NCBI GenBank assembly: GCA_045159875.1
Contig: CP067995.1
Coordinates: 2,464,001 to 2,528,000, forward strand
DNA: 64,000 nucleotides
Direction of reading: 5' to 3'
Origin: a cyanobacterium endosymbiont of Rhopalodia gibba
GTDB taxonomy: Bacteria; Cyanobacteriota; Cyanobacteriia; Cyanobacteriales; Microcystaceae
The notes under the pieces are model-generated. The model was not told the DNA's origin, searched no databases, and saw only the letters and a program-made list of their open reading frames with translations. Every line of letters starts with the position of its first letter. The stretch's first letter is position 1. The position numbers and the translations under genes were made by a program. Of the stretch, positions 21,930 through 33,775 are shown one piece after another.

Positions 21930-22703
21930 TTGGACGAAACTTATCAAACCTATATTAATCGGGTGGCACGACTGACCATACCGGATATTTATCAAACCCA
22001 ACTTCAGAATATCCAAAAATCACCTAAATTTCAGGGGGGAAAATTTGTTGCTTTTCCCGGTTATACAGTTCTTACTCCTCCTTACGCAGAAGATTTTCTT
22101 AATGAGGAATTTTATCATTATTTGGAAACCATACAACAGCAATTATCGGAACGGATAGAGTCAGATATGGTTGCTTGGGTTCCACCAAATAGTTTTCATT
22201 TAACCTTGGCTGATTTAATTTGGGATAAAAGTTATCAAGAAGCGGTCCAAGATAGTCCTAATTTCGACCAAAAAATTAAAGTTTATATGGAGGAAAGTTT
22301 TAAAAACTACCAAAAAGTTGAACTAGAAAAAAATGAAACTAAATGGCAATTATTAGGTTTATTAGTGTTTCCTCGTGCTCTAGTCGTAGGATTAGTACCT
22401 TGTGATGAGTTATCCTACAAAAAAATTGTTCAATTAAGGCGGTCTATTTATCAAAATATGGATTTAATAGCTTTGGGAATTGAACAACAGTATTATTTTA
22501 CAGCTCATATTTCTTTGGGATATTTTACGGAAAATATATATGAGCTCGATCGGGATTACTTAGCCTCTGTTTTAACTACCTTTGATGATAAATGCTTAGA
22601 AGCTGAACCAAAGGTTTTAACGATTCGCCAGGTTGAGTTACGTAAATTTGAAGATATGACGAACTTTTTACCAAGAGATAATAATCCTATGGTAGAACTT
22701 TAA
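21930..22703 (+). CDS. DUF1868 domain protein (2H phosphoesterase-like)
   Basis: Two HxT/S motifs (FHLTLADL, AHISLGY); cyanobacterial N-terminus DETYQTYINRVARLT. Confidence 0.75.
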   Translation: MDETYQTYINRVARLTIPDIYQTQLQNIQKSPKFQGGKFVAFPGYTVLTPPYAEDFLNEEFYHYLETIQQQLSERIESDMVAWVPPNSFHLTLADLIWDKSYQEAVQDSPNFDQKIKVYMEESFKNYQKVELEKNETKWQLLGLLVFPRALVVGLVPCDELSYKKIVQLRRSIYQNMDLIALGIEQQYYFTAHISLGYFTENIYELDRDYLASVLTTFDDKCLEAEPKVLTIRQVELRKFEDMTNFLPRDNNPMVEL

Positions 22704-22964
22704 GTATTCAATTTGGTTAGAAAGTAGGGGAAATTAGATATAGTCTTAAACTATTTTAGAGATTGTTTGTTGATGATAAAATTAAGTCAAAGTTTTATCT
22801 TTTTTTAGGGTAATTAAGTTCTAAACTATCTAATAGTTAGTTAAAATCTTTACCATAATTTTAACCCTATGGTCTTAATTCTTTATTGATAAACAGTCTC
22901 TTCAAATTTTCCTAAATTGATAATTTTTAATCTATTAAATTAGGGTATTAGCATACAAAATACT

Positions 22965-23125
22965 CTATGCTGCAACTGTGGGAACATTAATGCCAGGAAG
23001 GACTACACTCTTACCCGATGCAGTGCTTCAAGAGTAGCATGGCAACTGGGAACAATTGCCTGTCCTGCTGCGATTTTCGAGCTATAGGTTTCCTGATAAC
23101 GGCGTAGAAGTAGGCTATGAGTTAG
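22965..23125 (-). pseudogene. unidentified gene remnant (C-terminal fragment)
   Basis: GC-richer island reading LLLRRYQETYSSKIAAGQAIVPSCHATLEALHRV, then frameshift to VLPGINVPTVAA*. Confidence 0.4.
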
Positions 23126-25043
23126 AGGAGTTTCAATTAATTTTAAAACTTCTCGTTGAGGAATATTAGAAATTACTTTTTATAAGTCACGAGAAAAGGA
23201 TTGTGATTGCTCTTTTTTTACAAGTTGATAGTTCTTAAGTATTTAATGTTCTTACCGCTATTATAAACCACAATATTATGTTCCATTAATTTCTCAATTT
23301 CCTCTGATCTAATTTATAGATAGATGGGAAAAAAGCTTTAAAATAGGTGCTTTTAAGGTATTGTTACGTTTTTGATAAAAAATTTAGGAATACAAGAGCC
23401 TTTATTTATTTAATCCTCTAACTAAAATATTAATAATGGCTTCACTTCCACCTAGGAAATATTTACCCTTCGTATCGGTACCAATGAGATTTTAAACCTG
23501 ATAAAAAAACATTCTAAATCAATTAAGCGATGTACCCAAGAATATTCAACAATTTTATTCATTAAATTTTCTACAGAACTATTAATAGTTTGTCGTTGAA
23601 ATTAACTTTTAATTGAATTTTAAAAAATAACGACTAACTAAAGTAGAAATTAATTGCTATTCAGATCAGAATCTAATAGTAGATTTTTTTGGGAAAAAAC
23701 AGCAAATAGCCAACATTTTTATTCAAGTTATTTTAACTATTGCGCTCTTCAAGAAGTTATTTTAAAAACTCATTTGAGCCACTAAAATTAAAGATATTTT
23801 TAAAAGAAAGAAGCTCTGCCATTAAATTTTAATCCTTAGTGTCAAAAACTATTAGCTACTTCTCCAGCAATGGTATGACTTTTAAAAATAACTATTATTT
23901 GTCATATTGATCTAGTAATGCCCTTGCGGGTAAGCCTCTAATTCCACTTATCAAGCTATCATCTATTTTACGACAAAACTATTTATGATTAGCATCTATT
24001 AGGTCTACTCAATTTAGTAGAATAAAAACAATCGAGTTCTAACATAGAACTATTTGGCAATAACTTTAATAATAAGCAGACTGTTTAAAAATCGAAACAT
24101 TCCAAAATCAAGTTTTTTAAACGTCAATATTAATAGCTTAGCACGACAGGTTCATTATAAATGATCTTTTTACTTCTATGGATTAGATTGTCTATGTTGT
24201 GAGTAAAATCTAGACCAAATATTTTTATTTTGTAGCAGTTAAGAGGTTTAAATTTTATATCAAAGATGTATTTTATGCTACCGAACTTCTGTTATGAAAC
24301 TTATATTTCAAGGGAAATAGATTCTAACTGTCGGGTTTTTGATAAGACTAATAGTCGTTCTACCTTTTCTCTTTTAAGAAAGTTAAGAATTATTTCTATC
24401 GTATTTTCTTTTGTATCCTCTTGCTATACTCAAATTAACTAAGGCAATATCTCTTTTGATCGGTTCAAATAGACTATATAATTAATTCATCTTCATGAAA
24501 GATTTAAGCAAAGGAACAGTGCTTTTTTGTAAAAAATATTTATTTTAAATAAATTATTAAGTTCTTAAAATTATTAATTGACATCTGATGGTTTTTAATT
24601 TGTTTTAAAAACTCTTCCCCATTTCTAATTATTAGCTCACTATCTTAAGTCCGATAAAACTGCCTATTTATAATCTTCTTTATTTGTAAGGCTAGGATCG
24701 TACGATAAAATTTTCTCAACTCTTCCTCTTCCACGACTAGGAAGGTTATGCTCTATATAATAGATGAATTAATTTTTTTTTATTTTTTTAATTTAAATTT
24801 TTCATTAGAAACTCTAGGATTTTATTCAGTAAATCTTTTTATTTATTGCTAGTTTTTACTAATTTTATTTATTCAACTATTGAAAAATACTATTAACTTT
24901 TATTGATAGTTTTTATACTCTAAGTCTAAATACATTTATGTTCTAAGGCTTTGATAAATTTTTCTAAAGCTTTTAATAAGCTCTTTTTTAGATTCAATCG
25001 AAATGAACTAGACTATACGCTAATATTGGCCTCTGGTTAAGTC

Positions 25044-25361
25044 TTAAGAAGACTTTTTTTTAAATAAAGCTTTATATAAAGCAAACAAAATGGACCCTAA
25101 GATTCCGAGCATGATTATAGAGGTCACTAACCGTAAGACACTATTGAGTAAGTACAGAACAACAATAATAGCTACAATAATCAGGCTTAATTTTCTAGGA
25201 GTAGCCAAGCTATCGTACCATTGTTTGAGGCGAACTAGAAGATTTTTAGAATTTTCATTAGCCTTAAAAGGACGCACAGGAGATAGTTCAGATTCTTTGT
25301 TTATTTCTGCTTCTAAATCTTTGAGGTGTTGTTCGCAGTCTTGAGGATTTTGCTGACTCAT
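25044..25361 (-). CDS. hypothetical membrane protein
   Basis: 105-aa ORF with a charged N-terminus, two hydrophobic segments and a basic C-terminus. Confidence 0.7.
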   Translation of the reverse strand: MSQQNPQDCEQHLKDLEAEINKESELSPVRPFKANENSKNLLVRLKQWYDSLATPRKLSLIIVAIIVVLYLLNSVLRLVTSIIMLGILGSILFALYKALFKKKSS

Positions 25362-25714
25362 AGGATTTGGATGTTAATTGAAATTACTATCTAGATTCTG
25401 TGTCTATTATAAAGGCAATACTAGAACATTGGGATAGAATAAATATTAGTGTTTTTAGTCTTTGTCATAGCCTCTCCAAGAATTTTTATCACAAGAAAAT
25501 TAAAAAAATATCTTAGCATTTTGTAGCCTAGATAATTATTAAACAATCTATGTGTCTTAAATATAGCTATCGTATTTACCAAACCTACAGTTTTAATCTT
25601 TTGATGACATTTTTAGTTACTGTCTTTTTATTTTCTCAAGAAAAATATATCATCATATATTTGAATCTATAATTTTTAGGAGTTTCACACTCTAAGTTGT
25701 GCATAATTATTTTA

Positions 25715-25955
25715 GCTTAATCGTGTACTCACAAAAAGCTCGTTATTAATAATTGAGAATCAAAAAAAACAAGTAGTGATAGCTGCCGTTACCTCTGCTT
25801 GTCGAAAAGTTCGCACTTTTAATGCTTCTTCAAGTCTACACAAAGCTGATACCAATCCGGTGGCAACAGTTGATCTTACTTCATAAGTGGTGATTTTTTA
25901 CACTTTATCTAAGGCATTTTCTAATGCTCCAGGTTATAGCAGAATAAAATATTTT
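25715..25955 (-). pseudogene. unidentified gene remnant
   Basis: Single frame FILL*PGALENALDKV*KITTYEVRSTVATGLVSALCRLEEALKVRTFRQAEVTAAITTCFFDSQLLITSFCEYTIK with two stops. Confidence 0.45.
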
Positions 25956-26562
25956 TATACTTCAATAATCAGAATTTTCTGATTTAATTGTTCAAATCAC
26001 TAGGAAATTAAAGTAAATACTTTTACAAATAACTTCAAAGAGGGTGATTGACTCAATTAATTATGGCAATGGTCAAATTGCAGTATGTTACTAGACTATA
26101 GATACTATTGAATAGACTAAGGGGACATCCGAGGAAATTAAGATGTGATTGCCCTGGCGTTACAGAGCAAAATATTTCATTATAAATATATAAAAAATAC
26201 TTTATTTTATAAATATGTCTATTAAGGGAAAAATTCCAAGGACTTACAAACTATTCTTGTATATCTTTAATAGCATTTTTTGGTAACTTTTTTATTTGTT
26301 TAAAAAATTAGGTTTTTAAATTTCTTAAATACTTTCATAAAAAAAATGTGTATCTTATGAAAATAAGAATAGTTAAAACGTATGTTTATCAGCTGTACAA
26401 CCAGTTAAAGTTTAAGGCAACAATCCTGTTAACCATCTTAGTTAAATCTGAGATCAATGAAAATCAAAATGAAGTAATTGATTTATTTGTAGAAGCTTAG
26501 TTCAATAGTCTAATTAGAATATGGTCTGATTATGCATTATCTATATTAGATTATCTCAGAGA

Positions 26563-27861
26563 CTATTTATCATTGTTTTGTCGAACCCTTTTTTTGATTA
26601 AACTAGAATTAATTCCATAATATTGAGCTGCTTGGGACATATTAAAACTTAGCATTTCTTCTTTACTGAGTTTATATTGAGCCATAGGTTTAATTAATTT
26701 AATGTCAAGACATTTGATAATTTCCGTTGCAATTGCTTTGGCTAATAAAGGAGGAACAGAATTACCTACCTGACGAAATCCATGCCATTTAGTAACATGA
26801 AATCTAAACCAATCAGGATAAGAATGAAGTCTTGCAGCTTCTCTAACAGTAATACATCTAGGGGTAATAGGATGAATGGGGCGGGGGGAAGTATGCGCTC
26901 CTCTACTACTAGGAGTTCCTGCTCTCAAGGTATTACATAGACTATCACGATCTAACCTTAAAAATCGACTAATAGGTTCTATTTTTCCCGGAAGAGTTTT
27001 ATCAAATCTTTCCTCAGATTTAAGAGTATGTTTTGTTCTTAAACTCGATGTTAAAAGATTTTCTTCGTAGCCTCTTTTATAAGAAAAATCATCGTCTAAG
27101 TTGACTAAAAATCTCAATTGTTTTACGTAATTACTTTGTATTCCGTAATTAACAATAGTCCAATCTCTCTTTTTAAGTTCGGGATAATCATTAACTTCAG
27201 GTAAGTCTTGAATTGCATCCCAAACTGTAGGACAATTAGGCAAACTAGATTTATTTTTTGTTGCTGATTTATGGGTGAAATCATTACTAATAGCTTGAGG
27301 ATAGTTAGGCAAAGTTAATTTCTTCTGACATCCTAACAGAAAAAGTCTTTTTCTACTTTGGGGGACTCCATAATTAGCAGCATTTAAAATTTGATAATTA
27401 GTTTCTATATTATAGTTATTTTGACTGAAAACATCAAAAATCTTTTGCAAGAGTTTTTGATGTTTTCCAATAGCCATTCCTGGAACATTTTCAATCACAA
27501 AATACTTTGGCTTTAACTCTAAAATTAATCGAACAAAATGATAAATTAATACATTTCTTTCATCTTCTAAAAGGCGTTTACCTATCAAAGAAAATCCTTG
27601 ACAAGGAGGTCCACCAAATATAACATCAATGGATCGATCACCAATTTTTGATAGCTGTTTAATTTGTGAGCCAGTAATTTCTTGTATATCCCGACAAATG
27701 GTTGTCCAAAATGGAAAATTATACTCATGAATAGCACAATGAATGGGATCGATTTCTACTGATGCAAGAACATCAAACCCAGCTTGTTCAAAGCCTAATG
27801 TCATTCCTCCTGCACCGGAAAATAAATCAATAGCAATTGGTCTTTTGTGATTAATTTGCAA
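26563..27861 (-). CDS. DNA (cytosine-5) methyltransferase, orphan; probably the HIP1/CGATCG-type enzyme
   Basis: Motif I DLFSGAGG, IV GGPPCQGFS, VI ENVPG, VIII PQSRKR, X RQVGNSVPP; no neighbouring endonuclease; specificity inferred, not shown. Confidence 0.9.
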   Translation of the reverse strand: MQINHKRPIAIDLFSGAGGMTLGFEQAGFDVLASVEIDPIHCAIHEYNFPFWTTICRDIQEITGSQIKQLSKIGDRSIDVIFGGPPCQGFSLIGKRLLEDERNVLIYHFVRLILELKPKYFVIENVPGMAIGKHQKLLQKIFDVFSQNNYNIETNYQILNAANYGVPQSRKRLFLLGCQKKLTLPNYPQAISNDFTHKSATKNKSSLPNCPTVWDAIQDLPEVNDYPELKKRDWTIVNYGIQSNYVKQLRFLVNLDDDFSYKRGYEENLLTSSLRTKHTLKSEERFDKTLPGKIEPISRFLRLDRDSLCNTLRAGTPSSRGAHTSPRPIHPITPRCITVREAARLHSYPDWFRFHVTKWHGFRQVGNSVPPLLAKAIATEIIKCLDIKLIKPMAQYKLSKEEMLSFNMSQAAQYYGINSSLIKKRVRQNNDK

Positions 27862-27875
27862 ATTGTAATTATTCC

Positions 27876-28664
27876 TTAAAATTCAACAATAACCGGAGCA
27901 TGATCACTCGGCTTTATCAATTTTCTTGGCTCAACATCAATAGTGCAACTAATAGCTTTTTTATAAAGTTCTGGGGTAAGATAATGGTGATCAATCCGCC
28001 ATCCGCGATTGTGCTGAAATCCGCCTGTTCTATAGTCCCACCAGCTAAAATACTCCCCTCCTGATGTGAATTTGCGAAAGGCATCTTTTAATCCTAACGA
28101 AAGAATATCTTGTAAAGCTTCCCGTTCTAACGGAGATGACATAATATGATTTTCTTTAGACTTAGAATTATAAATATCTCTATCTTCTAAAGCGATATTA
28201 AAATCTCCACAAATACATAGCTTTTGATTGAATTTATCCAAAATCTTAGCTACATATTGTTTTAGTACTTTCAACCACCTTAACTTATAATTGTATTTTT
28301 CACTTCCTACAGAATTACCATTAGGAACATACAAATTGACAATCCTTACCTCATTTAAGGTTCCTGTAATAATTCGTTTTTGCTCATTAAACTCTTCTAA
28401 TGAAAAATCCTTAATAATAGAACTAAATCCAGTGTTAACATCTTCTAAGGGGTAACGACTGAGAATAGCGACTCCATTGTATGCTTTTTGTCCATAAATA
28501 TAAACGTGATAACCCAATTTTTCAAAAGTGCTTTTAGGAAAATCGCGATCAACTACTTTAGTTTCTTGTAAACAAAGAGCATCCACAGAATTATTATTTA
28601 ACCAGTCTATGACATGGGGTTCTCTAATACGAATCGAGTTGACATTCCAGGTAGCAATTCTCAT
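27876..28664 (-). CDS. xth: exodeoxyribonuclease III
   Basis: ATWNVNSIR, LQETK, YNGVAILSR, GDFNIA, WRIDH, SDHAPV. Confidence 0.95.
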   Translation of the reverse strand: MRIATWNVNSIRIREPHVIDWLNNNSVDALCLQETKVVDRDFPKSTFEKLGYHVYIYGQKAYNGVAILSRYPLEDVNTGFSSIIKDFSLEEFNEQKRIITGTLNEVRIVNLYVPNGNSVGSEKYNYKLRWLKVLKQYVAKILDKFNQKLCICGDFNIALEDRDIYNSKSKENHIMSSPLEREALQDILSLGLKDAFRKFTSGGEYFSWWDYRTGGFQHNRGWRIDHHYLTPELYKKAISCTIDVEPRKLIKPSDHAPVIVEF

Positions 28665-28936
28665 ATACTATAGTATTCTTTGTAAGTTGATAATGTTGGA
28701 TTTATTTTAAGCTACAGTGTTTCACACACAATTAAAAATTTTCACAAATATAAACTTAAAATTACCTGAATAGAGGTCTAAGTTCTCTATCCTCTAAGTA
28801 AACTAGCAATTGATAGCAATAGAAAAAAAGGAAAGAATTGACAGGTTTTATTTAGTTAGACCCTTTCAAAGGGGTAATGATTTACCAGGAAAACTATAAA
28901 AAAAAGGTCTTTATAAATACTCTAACAAACTTTAAT

Positions 28937-30229
28937 TCAAGAAGCATGAGCTACTGCCATATTACTTGTTAAAAACTTAATAGCAGCTTGGTATTGCAGA
29001 TCTACATCAGTACCAATTTGTTGATAACTAATAGGGTCTTGAGGAACGACTTCATCAGGAACAATTCCTAACCTATGAATATTTTTGTGGTTGGGAGTCT
29101 CATATTTAGCTACTGTTACTGCTAATCCTGCTCCATCAGGTAACTCGAATAAAGACTGAATTAAGCCTTTGCCAAAGGTTCTTTCGCCGACTAATATACC
29201 TCGACTATTATCTTGTAATGCTCCGGCTAAAATCTCACTAGCACTGGCGGTTCCTTTGTTTACTAGTACTGCTAAAGGAGCTTCTGTTAACGCGGAACCA
29301 AAGGCAGAAAAACTATCTCGAATTCCTTGACGATCAACTGTATGAACTATGGTGCCATTATTCAGCCAAAGACGAGCAACTTCAATCCCTGCTTGTAACA
29401 ATCCCCCTGGGTTATTTCGTAAATCCAAAATATAAGCCTTAGTTCCTTGTCGTTCTAAATTAGCCACTGCATCAGCAACATCTTGGGCTGCATTAGCACT
29501 AAATTGGTTAAGGCGAACATAACCAATAGGAATGTTTTGGATTTGATTATCAATATCAGCAAATACCGGACTTAGGGAAATATGAGCTCGTATAATGTTG
29601 ATTTGACGAATGACCTTTTCAGCTTTATAAGGTTTGATGGTTAGAGAAACTTGTGTTCCATTCGCCCCACGCATTTTGCTAGCTGCTTCATCAAGAGTTA
29701 AAGTAGTGGTGTCTACTCCGTCAATTTTTAATATACGATCACGTGCTTTAATACCAGCGTACTCAGCTGGTGATCCTGTTAAAGGCGCAATTACTTCCAA
29801 ATTGCCCGTTTCGGGATTAATATTGATCTGTAAACCTACTCCTGATAACTCTCCAGTAGTACTCACTTGTAAGTTGTGATATTGTCCTGGTCGTAAAAGT
29901 CGAGTAAAAGGTTCATCGAGGGTAGCTAACATTTCGTCAATGGTGTCATAAGTTTCTTCACGATCATGAAGATGTCGTTGGAGAAACTGTTGACGTAATA
30001 ACCACCAATCTTGGTTATTAAATGAACTATCTATGTAGGCTTGATTAACAAATCGCCAAGACTGAAGTAATAGCTTTTGATCTTGTGTAAACGCTGAAGC
30101 AATTGGAGTCCCGACGAAGCAATTGAGCAAAAGTGAAGAAATAACTAGTATAATAACCAAAAATGCACGTTTTTTCATGATAAAAGTAGATAATTGATGT
30201 TTTGTCTTTTTCTTAAAAAAGGTACTCAT
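28937..30229 (-). CDS. ctpA: carboxyl-terminal processing protease (S41A), CtpA/D1-processing type
   Basis: Signal peptide, QKLLLQSWRFVNQAY...WWLLR N-domain typical of the CtpA clade, PDZ domain, DLRNNPGG, ASASEI, TFGKGLIQ; true start may be a downstream ATG. Confidence 0.85.
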   Translation of the reverse strand: MSTFFKKKTKHQLSTFIMKKRAFLVIILVISSLLLNCFVGTPIASAFTQDQKLLLQSWRFVNQAYIDSSFNNQDWWLLRQQFLQRHLHDREETYDTIDEMLATLDEPFTRLLRPGQYHNLQVSTTGELSGVGLQININPETGNLEVIAPLTGSPAEYAGIKARDRILKIDGVDTTTLTLDEAASKMRGANGTQVSLTIKPYKAEKVIRQINIIRAHISLSPVFADIDNQIQNIPIGYVRLNQFSANAAQDVADAVANLERQGTKAYILDLRNNPGGLLQAGIEVARLWLNNGTIVHTVDRQGIRDSFSAFGSALTEAPLAVLVNKGTASASEILAGALQDNSRGILVGERTFGKGLIQSLFELPDGAGLAVTVAKYETPNHKNIHRLGIVPDEVVPQDPISYQQIGTDVDLQYQAAIKFLTSNMAVAHAS

Positions 30230-32050
30230 GCCAGAAGTCAGAAATGATAAGTCAAAAGTAAAATTTCTTTATCGAGTTAGGTTTGAGAAAAAAGTTTTAT
30301 CAATCCCTATACTTCTTATTTTAAGGTCTCACCGTGCCGAAAGTTTTAGCAAAAATTTTACTGAAAACTTCTACTTTAGTTTGCCTCAGAAATCTAATTA
30401 ATAGGTTTTGTAACAAAAATAGGAGTAGTTATTCAAGTAACCGGAGTAGTTTTTGGCATTATCCACAAAAGTACTGTTAAAAATGACCCGCAAGGAGAAA
30501 TCACAACATGAGTAGACCATCAGAGGATAAAGAAAAGTGTTTTACTTAATCTATCCTTTTAGCATAATCTAATAGGAAGTAGTCAAATTGTTATTATGCT
30601 CTTCCTGCCTCTTTTAGAAAACTAGATTGTTGTAAATTAACTCAAAAAAGTTAAAATTAACAAATTATTATCGTTAATATTCAAGACTACTCCCCAATAA
30701 CGAAAAAAATTAATTAAAATCGATAATGAAGTTTGCACAGCCACTTCAGCCCAATTTCTAGTTTTTTTATAAAAAGCAATCTGAATCGTTCTTAATTTAC
30801 CTCAAAAACTTATCCTAGTGATTTTTAGGAAAAATCATCAATAAGGGAAAGCCATCCTCAGCCTAGTCTTAGCAGAAAAGGATCAAAAGTTTGCTCAAGC
30901 CATGGGTGTAAAATTATGTAAGAGGTCTTAATCCATCAAACTATTAATGAAGCGATTAATTTAGTAACCGATGAAGACATAATTGGCTGATTTTACCACT
31001 GTTGTTATTACGGGCTATCCAATTTAAAACCATTAAACTTCCCTTTGGGAAGAAGAACAGCCAATGAGCAAAAGCAAAAATCTTAGTTGAAATTAAAATA
31101 TGTTGAAATCGTTTCATTTTTTCTCTTTTTCCACTCAATAAGTTAAATTCCGGTTCACATACTTTTGAGTATTGCCCGTTACCTAAAATAGCGATTGAAG
31201 TTTTATAAAAATAGGAGAGAACTTATAAAACTTTCTTCCTCACTTATAGCTGTAGAAAAAACATAATTATCTATATATTCCGCTAAATTTAATCAAGCAT
31301 AATTATAAAAACTTAACTTACATATTTTCAGAGACAAAATAACTTTTTAATCGAATATTTTTAAGATAAAAAATAGATAACAATGATATTATTTTATAAT
31401 CTTACTATTACCTATTATTTTAATAATCTTGTTTATTTCCTACTCTTGTATCTTTGAAAAACGTTTTTTAGCTTGGTAGTGAACTTAGATTAAGTTCAGC
31501 AATAATGGTCATTATCATAACATATTAGTTTTAATCATTAACCATAACAATATAGGCCATTTATGATATAAATATTTAATATTTATTTTTAATAAAAAAA
31601 CCGATAAAAAATAAAAATATTTTTATTTTATTTATTCTTTATTTAATTTATTTAAAGCAACACAAATACAAAAATAAAAGAGTTTTAAAAAGTCAAAAAA
31701 TATATTATTTATGTTAAAAAATATTTTTACTTAAAGCATTGCTACTACTTTTATAACACTATTTATTTGATAAAAATATGAATTTAGTTAACTTAGCTTT
31801 TTCAGAATAGCTCTAATAAAATTAGAGTTTTAAAAGTTAAAATATTAACTTATAATCTGGTATAATCTAGTCTAGAAAAATTGTTAGCCTAACAAAATAT
31901 TCAATAAAATTGATTATTGTCTATTTCTTATTTTCTTCTCAAAAAATTAGATATTTAGCAAAAATAAAATTTCTCCACTTTTACTTTATTGAGAGTTTTA
32001 GGAAAAAATGTCATACTGAATAGGTCTTAACAACCTCCCAATGAAAACCC

Positions 32051-33775
32051 TTGGACAGAACCACTTTGAGCTCTATTATTCATAATATCTCCATTATTCG
32101 AAAGACCCTGAAATCCTGTTGTTGGCAAAAGTCCGTTATTTGGTTATTGTTAACAGGACTTATACTACGTTTGATAATTGCTTTCTGGCTGTTTCCGGGT
32201 TATGACGAAGGTTACTATTATCTGTATACTCGCCATTTAGATTGGAGTTATTTTGATCATCCGCTATTAGTTGCTCTAACTACAAATTTTGGTGTTTGGA
32301 TCACTGGTATCACTTCTCTTTTTACCCTACGCTTGGGAACAGTAATTTTATATACAGGGAGTCTATGGTTACTATATTTAACTAGTGTTAGACTATTCGA
32401 TCATCAAACGGCTAAATTAACTCTAGCAATCGTCTCAGTAGTTCCTATTTTTAATGTAGGATTTGGGGTGATTACTCTTCCTGATAGTCCTTTGATCTTT
32501 TTTTGGACTGCAAGTTTATATTGTGCAGCTGTTGAGTTTTTTCCAAATTTTAATCGAAATTTCTATCCTACTTATCGCCTCGCTATTTTAGGAATTCTTG
32601 TGGGATTAACTTGTTTGGGTAAGTATCATGGATTTATATTAGGATTAGGATTAATTGGATTTTGTTTAACCAGTCCTCCCCATCGCCGCGTTTTCCTATC
32701 TCGTTGGACAGGATTAGGGATTATATTATATATTTTAACTTTATTTCCCCTTTGGTTTTGGAATTTAAACCACGATTGGATTTCATTTCGTTTTCAATTA
32801 TTAAATCGCTTTGAACCTCCTCCAGAAGGACAGATATCACCGCCAGGATACAGTTTATTAAATGTATTTTCTGTTTTTATAACAGAACTTATTTTACTTT
32901 TCCCTACTATTGGTATTCCTTTATGGTGGGTTGTTTTTAAGTCAAGTTCCTCTCAATTTATGAGCTTATTCAATAAGAAATTACCTGGAGGTTTTAAAAA
33001 ATCAAACCAGACATTCTGTGAGTCCAATTTAGTTCAAAAAAAATTATTTATTTTATGGGTTTCTCTTCCATTAATGCTAGGATTTACTCTGCTTGGCGGC
33101 AAACAGCAAATTCTTGTTACTTGGCCAATCCCAGGGTTTTGGAGTGCGACTTTATTATTGGGATTTTATAGTGTTCGATGGAAACAACAGTCATCTAATT
33201 TAATTCGATGGTGGATTAGAGGAACAGGAATAATAACTACTATTATTTTACTTCTATTGCTACTTCATACAACAACGGGAACCTTTTATAAATCTAACCA
33301 ATATTCCCCTTTTGGTAATTATTTTACTCCTGAAAACGATCCTACAAAAGAATTAATTGACATTCAACAATTGCGAAAAGTTTTTGCAGAATCTTCAGAA
33401 CTTATGAATGCTTTAGATAAAACGACTTTTATCTTTACTAATGCATATTACTTAGCTGGATTAATCAATTTAGCTTTGCGACCTTTAAAAGATATTCCTG
33501 TAACTTGTTTTAGTTATGATATGCGAGGATTTATTTTTTGGCATGATACTAATCAATGGGTCGGAAAAGATGGACTTTATATTACTTTAGAAGAATTTCA
33601 TAAGATGCCTCATTTAAAAAATGATTTTAATCGTTACTTTGAAGAGTTTCAGGAAATTGGTACTGTGCCTATCCGTTTAGGAGGAGTGGTGGTTAATGTG
33701 TTTCATGTTTATAAAGCAAAGACTTTACTTAAACCCTATTCTCTAGAAGAGTCTTTCTTGTTTTATAAAAATTAG
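32051..33775 (+). CDS. glycosyltransferase family 39 / ArnT-like membrane protein
   Basis: DEGYYYLY...LDWSYFDHPLLVA, PDSPL, LGKYHG; many transmembrane segments. Confidence 0.85.
   Translation: MDRTTLSSIIHNISIIRKTLKSCCWQKSVIWLLLTGLILRLIIAFWLFPGYDEGYYYLYTRHLDWSYFDHPLLVALTTNFGVWITGITSLFTLRLGTVILYTGSLWLLYLTSVRLFDHQTAKLTLAIVSVVPIFNVGFGVITLPDSPLIFFWTASLYCAAVEFFPNFNRNFYPTYRLAILGILVGLTCLGKYHGFILGLGLIGFCLTSPPHRRVFLSRWTGLGIILYILTLFPLWFWNLNHDWISFRFQLLNRFEPPPEGQISPPGYSLLNVFSVFITELILLFPTIGIPLWWVVFKSSSSQFMSLFNKKLPGGFKKSNQTFCESNLVQKKLFILWVSLPLMLGFTLLGGKQQILVTWPIPGFWSATLLLGFYSVRWKQQSSNLIRWWIRGTGIITTIILLLLLLHTTTGTFYKSNQYSPFGNYFTPENDPTKELIDIQQLRKVFAESSELMNALDKTTFIFTNAYYLAGLINLALRPLKDIPVTCFSYDMRGFIFWHDTNQWVGKDGLYITLEEFHKMPHLKNDFNRYFEEFQEIGTVPIRLGGVVVNVFHVYKAKTLLKPYSLEESFLFYKN

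Noticed and set aside
26563..28664. Methyltransferase plus nuclease as a restriction-modification or defence system
   Set aside because: The nuclease is a canonical Xth AP endonuclease; no restriction enzyme is visible
30700..30930. KFAQAMG as a possible petD remnant divergent from ctpA
   Set aside because: Match is only about 7 residues, no petB trace, and the flanking residues do not fit
30956..31200. 60-aa ORF and ILGNG...PEFN fragment suggestive of a transposase DDE region
   Set aside because: Too short and degenerate to support
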